61,569 bases of DNA. It comes from Candidatus Omnitrophota bacterium (GTDB lineage: Bacteria; Omnitrophota; Gorgyraeia; Zapsychrales; Zapsychraceae). The DNA is taken from NCBI GenBank assembly GCA_003528115.1, contig DOGZ01000022.1, forward strand, positions 24,397-85,965. The letters are read 5' to 3'. The number at the start of each line of letters is the position of its first letter. Positions within the stretch are counted from its first letter, which is position 1. The notes under the pieces were generated by a model. That model made no database searches, was not told where the DNA came from, and worked only from the letters and a program-made list of their open reading frames with translations. This document shows, piece after piece, positions 9,641 to 17,523 of this stretch. The translations under genes and the position numbers were made by a program.

Positions 9641-9669
9641 AGTATATCGTAACCGATTGATTCGATCAA
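9641..9669 (-). promoter_or_regulatory. candidate sigma70-type promoter of the sulfur-carrier operon
   Basis: On the minus strand: TTGATC, 17 nt spacer, TATACT, about 45 nt upstream of the ThiS-like ATG. Confidence 0.4.
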
Positions 9670-9735
9670 GAAAAAAGATGGGTCAGAAAGAGAATAACGG
9701 GGCGGAGGAACGGTGTCAAGGGTAGAAGAAAGAGG

Positions 9736-12036
9736 CTATTTCTTTTCAGACTGGAGGGCTTGGATCAGGGCGTCTTTGTTCTGATGAAACCAGATGAGCC
9801 AGGTTAGGATAAGTTTTTTCCCGGCATCGTAGCGTGCTTGATTTGAGGTGATGTACCCGGCTAACCGCAATTCTAATCCGTGAACAAGAGAAGTCTTAAA
9901 ACGGTCGCCTAATCCCGCGTACATTTGATTTAACTCCTCGGGATCAACAAGCTGGGCCTCCTGCCATTCTCTGCGCAAATAGATGATTTTTTTGACGTCC
10001 TTTTCTCCAAAGGTCTCAAAAGGCGGTTGGTTGTTCAATAGAGGCATGGTCTGGCCCAGAGAGGCCAGGACGTTTGTAAAATGATAAACCATGTTTGTCC
10101 TGGATAGTGTCCCTGTCTCATCCTTCAGGAAGATATCGATAAAATTAAATCGTCGGACTTTGACGTAAGTCCCGTTTTCGTCGGAGATCTTCGCGGCGTC
10201 TCTTTCGTGAAATTGGACCATCACGCAAGGATCAAAGCGGCCCAGGGGATAGGCGCGCGGTCTGCCGGAGGAGATATTTTCAACATCGACGTGCTCCACG
10301 CGAAAGGGACGGGCCGGATTTTCTTTGAGGAACACCCAGAACGGATATTCCCAATAGTCGCCGTTACCGATAAGGCCTATGTCGGCGCAGGTCCCGGACT
10401 TTATGTATTTGCCCGTTTTATCATAGGGAGCGTGGATATCCGGTCTCTTGGCAAAATATTGCTCGAGACGCGGGACATGGAAGATATTTTTTGGGCCTAA
10501 GAGAGGTCGTGTATTACAGAAAAAAAGCCAGGGCAAAGCATAGACAGACAGGACCGCGGCCACAAGGGCGGTTGGCCAGGGTCTAGGGGCTGAGGACAAT
10601 AGGATGCTGATCAGCGGCGCGGCGATCAGGAAAAACGCCAGATGCAGACGGGCGTGCCAGGGCTGCCATTTCAGAAGAAGGCAGAATAGTAAAAAAGCGG
10701 ATAGCGTTGAGAACGTGTACCCTTTGATGTCTTTTATGCCTGGAAATTTTCGTGAGAGACAGAGCCACGAAGCTAGGAGAATCAGGAACAGATGGGGAAG
10801 ATTGCCGGCATAATCTTCATCTAAAGACACGTTGGGGAATTGATATTTATCCCATGTCGTGCGGGGATCGTTGATGTCGATGGGGAGTTGCCGATGCGTC
10901 CAGCGAATGGTTTTATCTAAAGCCTCATTGATTGGTTGGCTCGGGGTTCTTAGGTGCAAGGAGATATTTCTAAGGATATTGGAGAGCCACGCGGGGATGG
11001 AAAACACCTCATTGCGGTACGCGTCTTCACCGGTGGCCAGCGGCGCGCCGTAAAGCTGGATAGTGCGCAGACCATGACCCAGGTTCAAGCTGACGAGAAT
11101 AACAGCCAGAACGCAAACGGGCTTCCAAATGTTCCGGCGCATTTTTAAAAAGAGAGCGTAAAAGAACCATATCAAAAAGGGGAAGGCGTAAATGTACGCG
11201 GTGGGTTTGGTTAAGACCGCGAGTCCGAGACTCGACGAGGCGGTTGAGATGAGAAAAAGGCGCGGATCCTTTTTGGCCATGAGGGCGAAATTGAGAAAAG
11301 ATAATATCCAGAACGCCACCACGTAATCGTTTTGCGTGCTCGACGATTGCAGGATCCCCATGGGGATTGTGGCGGCAATGAGCGAGGAAAGGATCTGGGC
11401 GCGGCGGTTAGCGCCCAACTGTTGCGCCAGCAGGGAGACGCCGACGAGACTTCCGATCATGCTGAACCACTGGACGAGGTTGGCGAACCGGTCGCCGTTA
11501 CTGAGAATCTGCAGATGCAGGAGGACCATTTCCGCCCAGGGAGTCATGTAGAGTTGCCGTGGAATATGGGTGGGATAAGGGGCCAGGCTTTGGTTTTGAA
11601 TCCAGTGGACAACGCGGCCCATGTGATAGGTCATCGAATCCCATGTGTTGGGGGGAGCGAGGAAGGCTGTCACGGCCGTGACGACGGCAAAAAGGGCGAT
11701 GAGGCATAATAAGGATATTTCTGTGGCGGAAAACCCGAGATTTTTTAAACGTGTCCTCGAAGGAAGAAAACGGAAAGGGTTCAGGTGTTTATCCCGATGA
11801 GATTTATAAAGGGCCCCGGCTAAAGCGAGGGACAGAGTCCCCCAAAATCCGGCGAGAGTTTCCCAACGAATGAGATGGAACAGGCTTAATACCTCCGTAC
11901 TGCCGACGATGCAAATGCCCCAGAGGACCGAAGAGAGCAGGAGACAGCGCCGCCAGCAGCCCCACCCCAAGGGGTGTCTGGAGAGGAGACAAAAATAGAT
12001 CAGGATAAAACAGAGGACGGGCAGAAGAACGAACAT
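9736..12036 (-). CDS. large polytopic membrane protein, GT-C-fold (ArnT/PMT-like) glycosyltransferase candidate
   Basis: More than 12 hydrophobic segments in the first ~520 aa, with a soluble ~240-aa C-terminus. The loop motif PPNTWDSMTYHMGR resembles the acidic first-loop motif of GT-C enzymes. Family call is tentative. Confidence 0.5.
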   Translation of the reverse strand: MFVLLPVLCFILIYFCLLSRHPLGWGCWRRCLLLSSVLWGICIVGSTEVLSLFHLIRWETLAGFWGTLSLALAGALYKSHRDKHLNPFRFLPSRTRLKNLGFSATEISLLCLIALFAVVTAVTAFLAPPNTWDSMTYHMGRVVHWIQNQSLAPYPTHIPRQLYMTPWAEMVLLHLQILSNGDRFANLVQWFSMIGSLVGVSLLAQQLGANRRAQILSSLIAATIPMGILQSSSTQNDYVVAFWILSFLNFALMAKKDPRLFLISTASSSLGLAVLTKPTAYIYAFPFLIWFFYALFLKMRRNIWKPVCVLAVILVSLNLGHGLRTIQLYGAPLATGEDAYRNEVFSIPAWLSNILRNISLHLRTPSQPINEALDKTIRWTHRQLPIDINDPRTTWDKYQFPNVSLDEDYAGNLPHLFLILLASWLCLSRKFPGIKDIKGYTFSTLSAFLLFCLLLKWQPWHARLHLAFFLIAAPLISILLSSAPRPWPTALVAAVLSVYALPWLFFCNTRPLLGPKNIFHVPRLEQYFAKRPDIHAPYDKTGKYIKSGTCADIGLIGNGDYWEYPFWVFLKENPARPFRVEHVDVENISSGRPRAYPLGRFDPCVMVQFHERDAAKISDENGTYVKVRRFNFIDIFLKDETGTLSRTNMVYHFTNVLASLGQTMPLLNNQPPFETFGEKDVKKIIYLRREWQEAQLVDPEELNQMYAGLGDRFKTSLVHGLELRLAGYITSNQARYDAGKKLILTWLIWFHQNKDALIQALQSEKK

Positions 12037-12101
12037 GTCCCCAAAATAGCAGATAATTTTTGGTGAAGCCAGGCCTTTATCAAAAAGCTGTTGAGGGTGA
12101 A

Positions 12102-12130
12102 TTGACAGCGTGGGGATAGCCTGGTAATAT
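12102..12130 (+). promoter_or_regulatory. near-consensus sigma70 promoter (TTGACA, 17 nt, TAATAT)
   Basis: TTGACA at 12102-12107, a 17-nt spacer, TAATAT at 12125-12130. It lies ~310 nt upstream of xthA. Confidence 0.55.
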
Positions 12131-12267
12131 TCTCACGCTATTCGCCTCCATGTTGGTTCAGGGTTCCACCTCCTGAAAAACCTTTCCGAGGATCTAAAGC
12201 GGGCCTGTGGCAAGGGTTTTTCGGTGATTTACCTGAAATCCATGCGCCTTTTGTATCGGAAAAACCG

Positions 12268-12291
12268 AATTTCACCTCCGGAGGTGAAATT
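12268..12291. repeat. 24-bp perfect palindrome AATTTCACCTCC/GGAGGTGAAATT, function unknown
   Basis: Read directly from the sequence: 12-nt arms with zero spacer, inside the long leader between the 12102 promoter and xthA. Confidence 0.6.
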
Positions 12292-12439
12292 GGACTGGAG
12301 CAAGCAGCGGCTTCTGTTATCCATTAACACCGACGGCAAAAGAAAATTGTTTGAAAAGAAAGCCCTGAACGGGTATTGGTCCAAACGTCAAATTTCTGAA
12401 CAGTTAAAAGCAGCCCCCGCGTAAAGAGAGAGAGGTAAA

Positions 12440-13192
12440 ATGAAGATCATTTCGTGGAATGTTAACGGATTGAAGTCAATCTTGAACAAGGGGTTCCTCG
12501 AATTCGTGAGAGAATTCCATCCTGACGTGCTGTGCCTGCAGGAGACGAGATCCCCCAAAGAAATGCCTCCCGTGGACCTGCCTGGCTACAAACAGTATTG
12601 GAATCATGCCAAAAAGCCCGGATATTCGGGGACAGCGATTTTTACCTTAAAGGATCCGCTCCAGTGGATCAACGGGATCGGTATGGCTAAGCACGACGGT
12701 GAGGGGAGGGTCATAACGGTGGAATTCAGGGATTTCTTCCTCGTGAACGTGTACGTGCCGAATGCCAAACGCGGGCTTGAGCGACTGCCTTACCGTACCC
12801 GAGACTGGGATGTCGATTTCCTGAAGTATCTGAAAAAGATCGAAGAACGCAAACCGGTTATTTTTGGCGGGGATCTCAACGTAGCGCATAAAGAAATCGA
12901 TCTCGCGCGTCCCGAGGGGAATGAGCAAAACCACGGGTTCACGAAAGAAGAGAGGGCCGGGTTCGACAATTTGATCAAGGCCGGATTTATCGATACGTTT
13001 CGGGAGTTTGAGAAAGACCGCGGGCATTACACGTGGTGGAGTCGGATGGGGAATTGTCGTCAACGCAATATTGGATGGCGGATTGATTATTTTCTGGTCT
13101 CGGCGTCATTGCGTCCGCGATTAAAAAACGCCTCCATTCTCAAAGATGTTTCAGGCTCGGATCATTGCCCGGTCAGCCTGGAAATAATATAA
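12440..13192 (+). CDS. xthA: exodeoxyribonuclease III (AP endonuclease, EEP fold)
   Basis: MKIISWNVNGLKS, LCLQETR, C-terminal GSDHCPV; 250 aa. Confidence 0.93.
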   Translation: MKIISWNVNGLKSILNKGFLEFVREFHPDVLCLQETRSPKEMPPVDLPGYKQYWNHAKKPGYSGTAIFTLKDPLQWINGIGMAKHDGEGRVITVEFRDFFLVNVYVPNAKRGLERLPYRTRDWDVDFLKYLKKIEERKPVIFGGDLNVAHKEIDLARPEGNEQNHGFTKEERAGFDNLIKAGFIDTFREFEKDRGHYTWWSRMGNCRQRNIGWRIDYFLVSASLRPRLKNASILKDVSGSDHCPVSLEII

Positions 13193-13193
13193 G

Positions 13194-13340
13194 TAGGACT
13201 TTCGCGTTTGGCGATCTGCTTCGTTGCAACCTTCTGTGCTTGCTCAGCGTACACAACAGTACGCCTCGCGGAGTTTATCCCGAGCTTTTCCCGGGACACC
13301 TCGGTTGCGCCTCGCATTTCATCCAAACGCGAAAGTCCTA
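13194..13340. repeat. 147-nt element bounded by an 18-bp perfect inverted repeat (MITE-like or long structured RNA)
   Basis: TAGGACTTTCGCGTTTGG at 13194-13211 and its exact reverse complement at 13323-13340. It starts 2 nt after the xthA stop. Confidence 0.6.
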
Positions 13341-13512
13341 ATAAGACGCGTTCTAAAAATGTGCTCAATGTGCTCGAAAATATTCTCGAAAATGTGCTAA
13401 AGAAAATGATGGTCAACAGGATTGTTTAGGTATAATATACGCCCTTGTTCCTGTTTGAAAATCCTTTCGAAAACTTATTAACCATTAATCGGAAAAGCGT
13501 GAGTGAAGTCAC

Positions 13513-15288
13513 ATGAATGTGGGATCTTACAAGATCATTGAGCAGAAAATTATCATGCAGATTCATAATCGCATCTGTGAGACTCCGGAAGAAGTGCTGG
13601 CAAGCGATTTGTTCAAAGACATCCTTCATCGGGCAATCACCAAATTGACCAAGAGGAACTCCTATTTGATGGAGATCTTTGACGGGAAGGTCATCGACGA
13701 TGGGGATATGTGCGTTCTCGTCCAGGTATTCGGATTTTTAACAAAGATGCCTGTTCAACTGGTCCCCAATGTTGTTCCGGGGGCGGAGCGGTTTTTAAGG
13801 AATCCGGTGCTGTTCCATGAGTTCGTTGAGTATTTATATAATTATTGGCGCAGTTATGACCGTTTTATTATCGCCGATTCCACAGGCATGGATTTGGTCA
13901 AACGGCCTTACCGGACATTTCACGCGACGATTGGCCACCTGACCGGTCTGATCCGGGGAATGTACCGGGATGTCCAGGAAAATTTGACAGGGGTTCACCC
14001 CCGAATTTACCGTCAAGTCACCGCCGGCGCCGAGGTCTCCACCATCGCGATCACACGGGACAGAGAATGGGAAGACCCGCTTTACGCGAAGCTCAATGTC
14101 GTTCCCTTTATACGCCAAATTTTATTATATCCACCCTTAATCCTTAATCCGCCGATGAATAAAAGGACAGGCCGGTTTGAAAGAATCAGAAAAAATCCTT
14201 TAGAATTTATCGATATCCACGGCAGTGATTGGCTCTGCTATCCGGCGAAAGTCGGGCCTCTGGTGATCTATGTTTATTTCCATCATAAATTTTCTGAATT
14301 AGGTCATTCCCTGTGCAATCTGTTTCCATTGGCGGAAGATGAAGATTTAGAGAGAAAGCCGGACGCGGTCTTCCTTTTCGGGGCTCCCACGGAGGCCCTT
14401 GATCAGTTCGGTGTCTTCCCGACGGTATTTTATGAAGATGAGAAAAATGATCTGCTGGTGGGGGCTATTCCAGGCCGAAATGAGTTCGGGTATTTCGGCT
14501 ATGTGAAGAAAATGGTCTTGACGCTGCATAATATTATTATGATTAAAAGAGGAAGGCTGCCTTTTCATGGGGCACTGGTGCGGGTCATCCTCAAGGGGAA
14601 CAGGGATTTCACGATTCTTCTGATCGGCGACACAGGAGCGGGAAAATCCGAAACCCTAGAGGCCTTTCGCGAATTGGGAGAGGATCATATTCAGGATCTT
14701 GTGGTGATCGCCGATGACATGGGATCGTTGGAAATTCAAGAAGACGGAAGTGTCATCGGTTATGGGACGGAGACCGGGGCGTTCCTGCGGCTGGACGATT
14801 TGCAGCCGGGATACGCGCTGGGGCAGATCGACCGGGCCATTATCATGAGCGCGAATCAGGTGAACGCGCGGATTATTTTACCGGTGACGACGTATGACAT
14901 CGTCATCAAAGGTCAGAAAATCGATTTTATTATGTACGCGAATAATTATGAGGGGGTGGACCCGGATTACCCGATTATTGAACGGTTCCCTTCTCCTGAG
15001 GAGGCCATTAAAGTATTCCGCGACGGGAAGGTGATGAGTAAAGGGACGACCACCTCAACCGGAATTACGCACTCCTATTTCGCGAATGTGTTTGGGCCGC
15101 CTCAATATAAGGCCGAGCATGATCTATTGGCGGATAAATATTTCAAGGCCTTCTTTCAAGCCGGTGTTTTTGTCGGACAGATGAGAACGCGTTTGGGTTT
15201 ATCCGGTTGGGAAAGGCAGGGCCCGCGGGAGGCCGCGCAGAAACTGCTTGAGATTTTTAAGAACGATACGCAGGGATCCGTTTCGTAA
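13513..15288 (+). CDS. uncharacterised protein with a C-terminal PEPCK/HprK-superfamily P-loop kinase-like domain
   Basis: LPFHGALVRV..ILLIGDTGAGKSETLEAF..VVIADDMGSLEI matches the HprK C-domain pattern HG.LV.V.G.GVLI.G.SG.GKSE..LEL....LV.DD and also the PEPCK-ATP layout. I could not assign the N-terminal ~340 aa. Confidence 0.6.
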   Translation: MNVGSYKIIEQKIIMQIHNRICETPEEVLASDLFKDILHRAITKLTKRNSYLMEIFDGKVIDDGDMCVLVQVFGFLTKMPVQLVPNVVPGAERFLRNPVLFHEFVEYLYNYWRSYDRFIIADSTGMDLVKRPYRTFHATIGHLTGLIRGMYRDVQENLTGVHPRIYRQVTAGAEVSTIAITRDREWEDPLYAKLNVVPFIRQILLYPPLILNPPMNKRTGRFERIRKNPLEFIDIHGSDWLCYPAKVGPLVIYVYFHHKFSELGHSLCNLFPLAEDEDLERKPDAVFLFGAPTEALDQFGVFPTVFYEDEKNDLLVGAIPGRNEFGYFGYVKKMVLTLHNIIMIKRGRLPFHGALVRVILKGNRDFTILLIGDTGAGKSETLEAFRELGEDHIQDLVVIADDMGSLEIQEDGSVIGYGTETGAFLRLDDLQPGYALGQIDRAIIMSANQVNARIILPVTTYDIVIKGQKIDFIMYANNYEGVDPDYPIIERFPSPEEAIKVFRDGKVMSKGTTTSTGITHSYFANVFGPPQYKAEHDLLADKYFKAFFQAGVFVGQMRTRLGLSGWERQGPREAAQKLLEIFKNDTQGSVS

Positions 15289-15322
15289 ACGCATTTTACA
15301 AGAAAAATGAAAGGGGGTGAAC

Positions 15323-15445
15323 ATGATGGACAAGAAAAATCAGCAACAGAAAAAAGACAACAAACAAGCCGAGCAAAAGAGCCAGCAGAAGCCTGCGGCT
15401 TCCTCTCAGCCCAAGAAATCCGGCGGTTGCGGTTGCTCACATTAA
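15323..15445 (+). CDS. candidate micro-ORF, 40 aa, K/Q-rich with C-terminal GGCGCSH
   Basis: AGGGGG Shine-Dalgarno 5 nt upstream of ATG 15323. Product MMDKKNQQQKKDNKQAEQKSQQKPAASSQPKKSGGCGCSH, followed by a rho-independent terminator. Confidence 0.4.
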   Translation: MMDKKNQQQKKDNKQAEQKSQQKPAASSQPKKSGGCGCSH

Positions 15446-15575
15446 TCTTCCAGTTCTTCCGTCTTTTTAGTGCTGTGTTACCTAAATAATTTACAGAAGA
15501 ACACAGTACAATACTTCGTACATCTGCAAATAAATCTGTTTAAAACTTAGGTAACGAAGTACTGGAGAAATCTAT

Positions 15576-15627
15576 AAGCCCGCTGGTCCCGATCCATGAT
15601 CGGGTCCCGGCGGGCTTAATTTTCTTT
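15576..15627 (+). terminator. rho-independent terminator
   Basis: Imperfect GC-rich hairpin AAGCCCGCTGGTCCCGATC / GATCGGGTCCCGGCGGGCTT followed by AATTTTCTTT. Confidence 0.65.
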
Positions 15628-15690
15628 CAGGACCTCTTCGCGTTACTTCCACACCACGTTTGCACATCACTTTCTTTCTGACAAAACAGA

Positions 15691-15699
15691 TGGTATACT
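15691..15699 (+). promoter_or_regulatory. possible extended -10 promoter element (TGGTATACT)
   Basis: TGnTATACT about 90 nt upstream of the BKACE start codon. No good -35. Confidence 0.3.
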
Positions 15700-15791
15700 T
15701 CTGGCACTTTAACCCGGATTATACAGTCCTGTGAGGCTACAACGGGTTTTTCCCGTTGGGCCGAGATATCTTAAAAGAAGGAAGGTCACGC

Positions 15792-16667
15792 ATGTCAGAG
15801 AATCTGATTATCAATTTTACGCCGACGGGAATGATTCCGACCAAGGCGATGACGCCGCATGTGCCGATCCATGTTTCTGAGATTGTTGAGGCGGTGCATG
15901 AGGCCTGGGAGATCGGCATCACCATGGTCCATCTCCACGCGCGCGATCCGGAAACGGAAGCCCCGACTTACAAGGCGGAGACGTACGCGAAAATCATTGA
16001 GGGAATACGGACCTTCGCCCCGGGGCTGGTTATTTGTGTTTCTTTAAGCGGACGCAATTTCGGAGAGTTTGAAAAGCGTTCGGAACCCTTAAATCTGGAC
16101 GGGAGTTTAAAGCCGGACATGGGGAGTTTGACCTTAAGTTCGGTGAATTTTAACCAGCAGGCCTCGATCAACGAGCCGGAAATGATTAAAGCCCTGGCCC
16201 AGAAAATGAAAGAGCGCGGAATCGTTCCGGAGTTAGAGGCGTTTGATTCGGGCATGATTAATTATGCCCATTATCTGGCCAAAAAAGGTCTGATCGAACC
16301 GCCGTACTATTTTAATCTCCTTTTGGGAAATATTGCCTGCGCCCAAGCGGATCTGCTTCATGCCGGGATCATGATCCGGGATCTGCCGCCGCAGTCGTAT
16401 TGGAGCCTGGCCGGTATCGGCGACGCCCAGATTAAGATGAACAGTGTGGCCATTGCCATGAGCGGCGGGGTGCGGGTGGGGCTTGAGGATAACATTTTTT
16501 ACGACGGTCAGAAAAATATACATGCCCGCAACATGGATTTATTAAAACGAATTCATATCATCGCCGAGGCTAACGAGCGGCCGTTGATGATGTCCCGGGA
16601 ATTCAGGAAACGCATGTGCCTTCAAGACGGCAATGGTCACTACGGCCGCCGTCAAGTTAATTGTTAA
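15792..16667 (+). CDS. BKACE-family (3-keto-5-aminohexanoate cleavage enzyme-like, DUF849) enzyme
   Basis: INFTPTGMIPTK..P....EI...V.EA.E.G....HLHARD N-terminal signature of the family. Start chosen at ATG 15792, behind AAGGAAGG. Confidence 0.85.
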   Translation: MSENLIINFTPTGMIPTKAMTPHVPIHVSEIVEAVHEAWEIGITMVHLHARDPETEAPTYKAETYAKIIEGIRTFAPGLVICVSLSGRNFGEFEKRSEPLNLDGSLKPDMGSLTLSSVNFNQQASINEPEMIKALAQKMKERGIVPELEAFDSGMINYAHYLAKKGLIEPPYYFNLLLGNIACAQADLLHAGIMIRDLPPQSYWSLAGIGDAQIKMNSVAIAMSGGVRVGLEDNIFYDGQKNIHARNMDLLKRIHIIAEANERPLMMSREFRKRMCLQDGNGHYGRRQVNC

Positions 16668-16771
16668 TAGCTACTTTCAGAAAAGGCGCAGTGTTGTACT
16701 GTGTTCCACATATTAACAATTAAGTTGACACAGTACTACGGCCGTCAGACGAAGAAAGAGGGATAACACCG

Positions 16772-17476
16772 ATGAAAAAATACATTATTTTCGGCGGCGG
16801 GTCCTACCTCAGTGACATCTTTGATTTGATCCACGCGAACAATGGGAGGGTCTGGAAAATATTTCAGAATATGCCGGAGATCACTAAGGCCGGGGACCTG
16901 ACGCTCAGACAAAGGGTCTCGCTGCTGGATTATGCTGTTGAGATTTATGAGAACTTGGAGACTTTTAAACCGGAGAAAGACGCGGCGTATGTGATCGGTT
17001 GCATCACCGTCCACAAATATGTTCTGATTCAGGAATTGAAATCAAAATACGGCCTTGAGGTTGCCTCGTTGATTCATCCGCGGGCGCATTTGGGAGCTCA
17101 TGTTCATGTCGGTGAAGGGGTGACCGTCGGCCCGATGACCGTGGCGGCCCCCAATGTTTATCTTGATGACTTCTGCGCCGTGAATCGGGCGGTTTCTCTG
17201 GGGCATGACGCCAGGATCGGAAAGTATTCCCGCGTCGGACCTTCCGTGGCCCTGGCCGGAGGCACGCGTGTGGGGGATAAATGTTCCATTGGGATCAGCG
17301 CGACGGTGTTGGATCATGTTACGATCGGAGACTGGAGCATTGTCGGCGCCGGCGCCCTGGCCACGAAAGATATCCCGGAAAGAGTCGTGGCTTATGGGGC
17401 CCCTGCCAAAGTGATTCGAAAAAATGAGGAAATAGATTTTGTGGTATATCAATCGAACAGAGCAATAATAATTTAA
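16772..17476 (+). CDS. NeuD/PglD-family sugar N/O-acetyltransferase (left-handed beta-helix)
   Basis: N-terminal Rossmann-like MKKYIIFGGG.. followed by hexapeptide repeats (GEGVTVG, GKYSRVG, GDKCSIG, GDWSIVG). Confidence 0.8.
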   Translation: MKKYIIFGGGSYLSDIFDLIHANNGRVWKIFQNMPEITKAGDLTLRQRVSLLDYAVEIYENLETFKPEKDAAYVIGCITVHKYVLIQELKSKYGLEVASLIHPRAHLGAHVHVGEGVTVGPMTVAAPNVYLDDFCAVNRAVSLGHDARIGKYSRVGPSVALAGGTRVGDKCSIGISATVLDHVTIGDWSIVGAGALATKDIPERVVAYGAPAKVIRKNEEIDFVVYQSNRAIII

Positions 17477-17523
17477 TAACTCTTGGAGCGCGCGATTCGT
17501 TAAACGCGCAACCTCTCTCGGGA

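Noticed and set aside
12224-12424. 66-aa ORF in the xthA leader
   Set aside because: GTG start without a Shine-Dalgarno, and the ORF runs through a 24-bp perfect palindrome. Not excluded, but I do not consider it a supported gene.
13206-13218. 13-mer GTTTGGCGATCTG shared between 13206-13218 and 26969-26981
   Set aside because: My rough estimate is that tens of exact 13-mer coincidences are expected by chance between two positions in a 61.5-kb window on two strands. There is no flanking similarity.
15307-15489. 60-aa ORF overlapping the micro-ORF in another frame
   Set aside because: No Shine-Dalgarno at a suitable distance. The AGGGGG element is positioned for the ATG at 15323 in the other frame, and the translation runs into the terminator region.
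15792-16667. Assigning the BKACE gene to lysine fermentation (kce)
   Set aside because: None of the other lysine-fermentation genes (aminomutases, 3,5-diaminohexanoate dehydrogenase) are nearby, and the BKACE family is functionally broad.
15499-16736. Motif ACACAGTAC (up to GAACACAGTACAA) on both sides of the BKACE gene (15499-15511, 16695-16707 on the reverse strand, 16728-16736)
   Set aside because: Matches of this length within ~1.2 kb are about what chance predicts, and I could not extend the similarity. Not reported as a regulatory site.
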